A stretch of DNA of 64,000 nt from Myxococcota bacterium (lineage in GTDB: Bacteria > Myxococcota_A > UBA9160 > UBA6930): positions 3,552,001-3,616,000 of the forward strand of contig OZ245002.1 of assembly GCA_965223415.1 (NCBI GenBank), written 5' to 3'. Numbering within the stretch: the stretch's first letter is position 1; every line of letters starts with the position of its first letter. Positions 59,248 through 64,000 of this stretch are shown here, in pieces. The notes below the pieces were generated by a model. That model saw nothing but the letters and a program-made list of their open reading frames with translations. It was not told the DNA's origin and searched no databases. The position numbers were made by a program, and so were the translations under genes.

Positions 59248-60192
59248 CTAGGCACCCAGCAGCGGGCGCACCTCCTTGGCGAAGCGTTCCAGCTGCTCGT
59301 CGCGCGCCGCGTAGGGGCCGGTACTGTCGACGATCACGTGGCGCAGGCCCGCCTGGCGGAACGCGTCGATCTTCTCGGCGACGGCCTCCGGGGGCCCCAG
59401 GGCCGCGTAGCGCTCGGCGGCGCGGCGAAAGTCCATCGCGTAGCGCGTCGAGAGGTGCTCGGCCGCTGCGTCGAGTGCGTCCTCGTAGCGGTCGGCGATG
59501 AAACTGAAGAGGAGGTGGGCGGTGCCGAAGCGCTCGGGCGTCCGGCCGGCGTCCTCGGCGGCGCGGGCGATCTTCGCCAGCCCGTCCCGGTACTGCTCGG
59601 GCGTCACCACGTAGGAGACCCACCCGTCGCCCATGCGGCCGAGGCGGCGCAGCGCGCTCTCCGAGCGGCCGCCGCCCCAGATCGGCGGGCCGCCGGGCTG
59701 GACGGTAGCGGGGAGCATCTGCGTCTCCGGGAAGGGAAAGAAGCGGCCGTCGCTGGTGATCGGCTCACCGCTCCACAGGCCGCGCAGCAGCGGAATCGCC
59801 TCGGAGAGCCGGGCGCCGCGCTCCTCCACTGGCACGCCGCAAGCCTGGTACTCGCCCGGGAACTCGCCGCCCACACCGACGCCGAAGATCAGGCGTCCCT
59901 CGCAGAGGTGGTCGAGGGTCGCGACCTGCTTCGCGACCGGCACCGGGTGTCGAAGGGGCAGCAGATAGACGGAGGTGCCGAGGGTGAGCTTCGGCGCGAA
60001 GGCCGCCACCTGGGCGATCTGCAGGAGCGGGTCGAGGATCGGGATCGCGAAGGCTACGTGGTCGCCGAACCAGAGCGAGTCGTAGCCCAGGGCCTCGGCC
60101 TGCTCGCCGGTCCGCCGGGCTTGGGCTGCCGAGCCGACCGAGGTGATGAAGCCGAAGCGCAGGCCGTCGTCGAGGGAGAGGGGCGAAGACAT
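59248..60192 (-). CDS. LLM-class (luciferase-like) flavin/F420-dependent oxidoreductase
   Basis: LGYDSLWFGDH, LGTSVYLLPLRHP, GRLIFGVGVG and PPIWGGG. Confidence 0.9.
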   Translation of the reverse strand: MSSPLSLDDGLRFGFITSVGSAAQARRTGEQAEALGYDSLWFGDHVAFAIPILDPLLQIAQVAAFAPKLTLGTSVYLLPLRHPVPVAKQVATLDHLCEGRLIFGVGVGGEFPGEYQACGVPVEERGARLSEAIPLLRGLWSGEPITSDGRFFPFPETQMLPATVQPGGPPIWGGGRSESALRRLGRMGDGWVSYVVTPEQYRDGLAKIARAAEDAGRTPERFGTAHLLFSFIADRYEDALDAAAEHLSTRYAMDFRRAAERYAALGPPEAVAEKIDAFRQAGLRHVIVDSTGPYAARDEQLERFAKEVRPLLGA

Positions 60193-60212
60193 GGCCCCCA
60201 CGTTACCGCGCT

Positions 60213-61004
60213 TCAGCCGAAGATCGCCGGGTCGACGTCGATGCCTACCGGGCAGTGGTCCGAGCCGCGCACGTGGGGATGGATGAAGGCGTCCCGCACG
60301 AAGCGCATGGCGGCGGGCGAAGCGAGCACGTAGTCGATCCGCCAGCCCACGTTCCTCTCGCGCACGCCCATGCGTTGGCTCCACCAGGAGTAGTGGCCCT
60401 CGCCGGGCTCGAAGCGGCGGAAGCTGTCGATCCAACCTGCCGCCAGCCAACGGTCGAGCTCGCGGCGCTCGGCGGGAAGGAAGCCGCTGGTGTCCTTGTT
60501 GCCCTTCGGGCGGGCGAGGTCGATCTCCCGGTGGGCGGTGTTGAAGTCGCCCATCACGACGACGCGGTAGCCGCCGCGGCGCAGGCGCTCGAGCCGCTCG
60601 AAGAGCGTGCGGTAGAAGCGCAGCTTGTAGGGCACGCGGCTGTTGTCGCGCTCCTTGCCGTTGCCGTTGGGGAAGTACACGTTCGCAACGACGAGCCGCC
60701 CGAAGCGCGCGAGCTGGAGGCGCCCCTCGTCGTCGAAGCTCCGCCGGCCGAGGGCGGTCTCGACGGAGTCCGGCTTGCGCCGTGCGTACAGGCCGACGCC
60801 GCTGTAGCCCGGCCGTCGGGCGGCGGCGAACTCCGCGTGCCAGCCCCTGGGCGCCGCGAGCCGGCGCGGCAGCTGCCCGAGGGTCGCCCGCACCTCCTGC
60901 ACGCCGACGATCTCCGCCCCGGAGCGATCCAGCCAGCGCCGGAACCCCTTCCGCTCGCAGGCCCGCAGCCCGTTCACGTTCCACGACAGGATTCGAACCG
61001 TCAT
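60213..61004 (-). CDS. xth: Exodeoxyribonuclease III (AP endonuclease)
   Basis: ILSWNVNGLRA, QEVR, GYSGV, YFPNG, GDFNTAH, GWRIDY and GSDHCP. Confidence 0.94.
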   Translation of the reverse strand: MTVRILSWNVNGLRACERKGFRRWLDRSGAEIVGVQEVRATLGQLPRRLAAPRGWHAEFAAARRPGYSGVGLYARRKPDSVETALGRRSFDDEGRLQLARFGRLVVANVYFPNGNGKERDNSRVPYKLRFYRTLFERLERLRRGGYRVVVMGDFNTAHREIDLARPKGNKDTSGFLPAERRELDRWLAAGWIDSFRRFEPGEGHYSWWSQRMGVRERNVGWRIDYVLASPAAMRFVRDAFIHPHVRGSDHCPVGIDVDPAIFG

Positions 61005-61022
61005 CGGCGACAACCCAACAAT

Positions 61023-61076
61023 CGGAACCGGCCCCCAACGCAACGCGTGGACAACTTGACGAACGGAACCGGCCCC
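61023..61076. repeat. 13-bp direct repeat pair in the speA-xth intergenic region
   Basis: CGGAACCGGCCCC at 61023-61035 and 61064-61076. Confidence 0.75.
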
Positions 61077-61080
61077 TAAC

Positions 61081-62982
61081 TTAACGGTCGGGGTCGAGGT
61101 AGGTGTATTCCCAGAGGCCCTGATCGTAGCGGCGGCGGAGGAGGCGGGTTTCTTCGAGGGTGATGTGGCCGCGGCGGAGCGCCGTCTCGGTGAGGCGGCG
61201 GACCTTCTCCTTGAGGGCGTTCTGGTCGTATTGGACGTAGGAGAGGACTTCGCGCACGTCGTCGCCCTCGACCACGTGGTCGACTTCGTAGCCCCCGTCG
61301 TCATCGAGGCGAACGTGCACGGCGTCGGTATCGCCGAAGAGGTTGTGGAGATCGCCCAGGATCTCCTGGTAGGCGCCCATCAGGAACATGCCCAGGTAGT
61401 AGGGCTGGCCGTCGAAGGGGTGCAGCTCGAGGACCGTCTTCACGTCGTGGACGTCGATGAACTGGTCGATCTTGCCGTCGCTGTCGCAGGTGAGGTCGGC
61501 GATCACCCCGCGTCGCGTGGGCTCCTCGTCGAGGCGGTGGATCGGGAGGAGCGGGAAGAGCTGCTTCACGGCCCAATGGTCCGGTGCGCTCTGGAAGACC
61601 GACAGGTTGCCGTAGTAGGTGTCGGCGAGGGCCTTCTCGAGCGGCTGCAGATCCTCGGGCACCTCCGACAGCTGCCTCGAGACCCGCTGGATCCGGTCGC
61701 AGCAGGCCCAGAACCAACGCTCGACCCGGGCGCGATCCCGCAGATCGAGCTGGCCGTGGGCGAACAGCGTCGCCGCGTCCTCCTTGAGCTGGACCGCGTC
61801 GTGGTAGCACTCCATCAGGTTCCGGCGGGTGACGCTCTCGAAGGTCTCCTCCAGGTCGCGCAGGATCTTCGGGTCGTCCTCGCCCACGGGCTGGGGACGC
61901 GAGCTGGGCTTTACATCGTTCACGCCCAGCACGTCGAAGATCAGCACCGAGTGGTGGGCGACCATCCAGCGGCCCGCTTCGGTGACGATGTCCGGGTGGG
62001 GGACGTTCTTCTCGTCGCAAGCCTCCTGGATCGCCGCCACCACGTCGTTGGCGTACTCCTGGGCCGTGTAGTTCTTCGACGAGTGGAAGTGGGTGCGCGA
62101 GCCGTCGTAGTCCACCGCCAATCCGCCGCCCACGTCGAAGAGCGTCGGGCGCGCGCCCAGCTCGTGGAGGCCGACGAACACCCGGCTGGCCTCCCGCAGC
62201 GCGTCCTTGTGGGCGCGGATGGTGGTGATCTGGGAGCCGATGTGGAAGTGGAGCAGCTCGAGGGAGCCCAGCAGGTCTTCCTGCCGCAGCCGGTCCACCG
62301 CCTCCACGATCTCGGCGGCGGTCAGCCCGAACTTCGAGCGGTCGCCCGAGGACTCGACCCACTTGCCGGCCCCTTTGGCCGAGAGCTTGGCGCGGATGCC
62401 CAGGTGCGGGCGGATGCCGAGCTCCGCCGCCACCTTGATCACCAGCTCCAGCTCGCGGTAGCGGTCGATCACGATCACCGGCGTGCGGCCGAGCCGCTGG
62501 GCCAGGAGCGCCGTCTCGATGTAGGCGCGGTCCTTGTAGCCGTTGCAGATGATGAGCGCGTCCGGCGTGTCGAGGAGCGCCAGGGCGACGAGCAGCTCGG
62601 GCTTGCTGCCGGCTTCGAGGCCGAGGCGCGCGGCCTCGCCCAGCTCCACCATCTCCTCCACCACGTGCCGCTGCTGGTTCACCTTGATCGGGTAGACGCC
62701 GCGGAAGGCGCCGCCGTAGCCGTACTCCTCCGACGCGGTGCGGAAGGCGCCCACCAGGCTCTCGATGCGGCTCTTCAGGATGTCGGAGAAGCGCACGAGG
62801 AGCGGCGTACGCAGCCCGCGCTGGCGCAGGTCCGTCACGAGGGCGGGCAGGGCGACGGCCGGGCCCGACGGGCCGCGCGGCCGCACCAGCAGGGCGCCGT
62901 CCGGATCCACGTCGAAGTAGCCGCGCCCCCAGCCCGGCACGTTGTAGAGCTCGAGGCTGTCGCGGACGGTCCAGCCGTGCAT
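61081..62982 (-). CDS. speA: Biosynthetic arginine decarboxylase
   Basis: VYPIKVNQ, GLEAGSKPEL, CNGYKD, LLHFHIGSQ, DVGGGLAVDYDG, DLTCDSDG and GAYQEILGDLHNLFG. Confidence 0.96.
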   Translation of the reverse strand: MHGWTVRDSLELYNVPGWGRGYFDVDPDGALLVRPRGPSGPAVALPALVTDLRQRGLRTPLLVRFSDILKSRIESLVGAFRTASEEYGYGGAFRGVYPIKVNQQRHVVEEMVELGEAARLGLEAGSKPELLVALALLDTPDALIICNGYKDRAYIETALLAQRLGRTPVIVIDRYRELELVIKVAAELGIRPHLGIRAKLSAKGAGKWVESSGDRSKFGLTAAEIVEAVDRLRQEDLLGSLELLHFHIGSQITTIRAHKDALREASRVFVGLHELGARPTLFDVGGGLAVDYDGSRTHFHSSKNYTAQEYANDVVAAIQEACDEKNVPHPDIVTEAGRWMVAHHSVLIFDVLGVNDVKPSSRPQPVGEDDPKILRDLEETFESVTRRNLMECYHDAVQLKEDAATLFAHGQLDLRDRARVERWFWACCDRIQRVSRQLSEVPEDLQPLEKALADTYYGNLSVFQSAPDHWAVKQLFPLLPIHRLDEEPTRRGVIADLTCDSDGKIDQFIDVHDVKTVLELHPFDGQPYYLGMFLMGAYQEILGDLHNLFGDTDAVHVRLDDDGGYEVDHVVEGDDVREVLSYVQYDQNALKEKVRRLTETALRRGHITLEETRLLRRRYDQGLWEYTYLDPDR

Positions 62983-63013
62983 CAGCGCGCCTCCGGGCCG
63001 GTCCGTGCTTGCA

Positions 63014-64000
63014 CTAGCTCGCCCCGTGGAGCGGCTGGTCCCGCTCTTCGCCGGTGGCGAGCTCGCGCACCCGCGCCACGCCGCGGCCCAGCTCGTCGGG
63101 GCCGATCAGGTAGACCCGCGCGGCGCCGGCGCGGTCCGCGTCGGCGAGGGCCCGCTTCGGCTTCACCTGGCCGAGCACCAGCTCCACCGACTGCCCCTCG
63201 GTGCGAAGCCGGGCCGCCAGGGCCTGGGCCGCCGGGCGTTCCGCGTCGCCGAAGGGAAACACGACCGCGTCGAGGCCGCGGGGCAGCTCGGGCAGGAGCC
63301 CCTTGTCTGCGAGCAGCTCGCTCACCACCGCGTCGCCGAAGCCGAAGCCCACCGCCGGCACCGGCTTGCCGCCGAGGCTCTCGAGCAGCCGGTCGTAGCG
63401 CCCGCCGCCGCAGATCGAGCGGAGCACGCCGCCCGCGTCGAAGGCTTCGAAGACGATGCCCGTGTAGTAGGCGAGGCCGCGCACCACCGAGGCGTCGAAG
63501 ACCACGCGGTCGGCCAGGCCGTAGCCGTCCAGCAGCTCGAACAGGCGCTCGAGATCGGCCAGGGCCGTCGAGCCGGAGGCGGCGTTGCGCCGCGCCTCCT
63601 CCAGGCCCGAGACCGAGAGCAGCGCCACCGCGTCCTTGGCGTCGGGTCGTGGCAGGCCCACGGGCCCGGCCGCGTCGGCGAGCTGGTCGACCACCGCGTC
63701 GGCGCCGATCTTCGCGAGCTTGTCGATGATCACGCACAGGGGCTCGAAGGCTTCGGGCCGGTCGGCCAGGAAGCGCTCGCGCAGGGTCTCCTCCAGCAGC
63801 GCGCGGCTGTTCAGCTTCATCCGCACGTCGGCGGGCCCGAGGCCCATCGCGTCGGTGGCGGTGAAGACGGCGGCGATCAGCTCGGCCTCCGCCGTGACGC
63901 CGGACTCCCCCCACACGTCCATGTTCCACTGGTAGTGCTCGCGCCGCCGGCCCCGGGTCATGCGCTCGTAGCGCCAGCACTGGGGGATCGAGAACCAGCG
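63014..64000 (-). CDS. hisS: Histidine--tRNA ligase, 5' end outside the window
   Basis: RWFSIPQCWRYERMTRGRRREHYQWNMD, VRGLAYYTG, CGGGRYD and AVGFGFG. The frame stays open to position 64000. Confidence 0.95.
   Translation of the reverse strand, partial: RWFSIPQCWRYERMTRGRRREHYQWNMDVWGESGVTAEAELIAAVFTATDAMGLGPADVRMKLNSRALLEETLRERFLADRPEAFEPLCVIIDKLAKIGADAVVDQLADAAGPVGLPRPDAKDAVALLSVSGLEEARRNAASGSTALADLERLFELLDGYGLADRVVFDASVVRGLAYYTGIVFEAFDAGGVLRSICGGGRYDRLLESLGGKPVPAVGFGFGDAVVSELLADKGLLPELPRGLDAVVFPFGDAERPAAQALAARLRTEGQSVELVLGQVKPKRALADADRAGAARVYLIGPDELGRGVARVRELATGEERDQPLHGAS

Overview
This is a high-GC (about 70% by eye) bacterial chromosomal segment. Its gene content and a Cys-Gly-Leu-Gly C-terminal sorting motif suggest a Myxococcota/deltaproteobacteria-like organism (inference). 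It holds about 50 mostly metabolic genes. Housekeeping genes: egtD, ettA, dapL, speA, xth and a partial hisS. Redox and CoA metabolism: a GMC oxidoreductase, a quinohemoprotein alcohol dehydrogenase, c-type cytochromes, a P450, an LLM oxidoreductase, an ADP-forming acyl-CoA ligase and a 2-hydroxyacyl-CoA lyase-like enzyme. It also has three orphan membrane histidine kinases, two DUF3604 paralogues and several transporters. Mobile or decayed material: an intact IS5-family element with a CTAG target duplication, three broken genes (gamma-glutamylcyclotransferase, TetR, PQQ sugar dehydrogenase), an orphan sorting-signal remnant and a lower-GC two-gene islet. No rRNA, tRNA or CRISPR array was seen. 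The most interesting candidates are: (1) a ferritin-like diiron gene pair (catalytic plus degenerate subunit) between an acyl-CoA ligase and an HACL-like lyase, possibly an alpha-oxidation route; (2) a 209-nt rod-like structured element directly upstream of that pair; (3) two perfect palindromes with 37-bp arms and compensatory substitutions, plus related GGGG-tagged repeats; (4) sigma28-like promoters in front of the orphan kinases and widespread leaderless gene starts; (5) a DUF3108-pentaheme-monoheme-PQQ ADH-P450 operon. All functional calls come from motif recognition by eye; no database searches were run.
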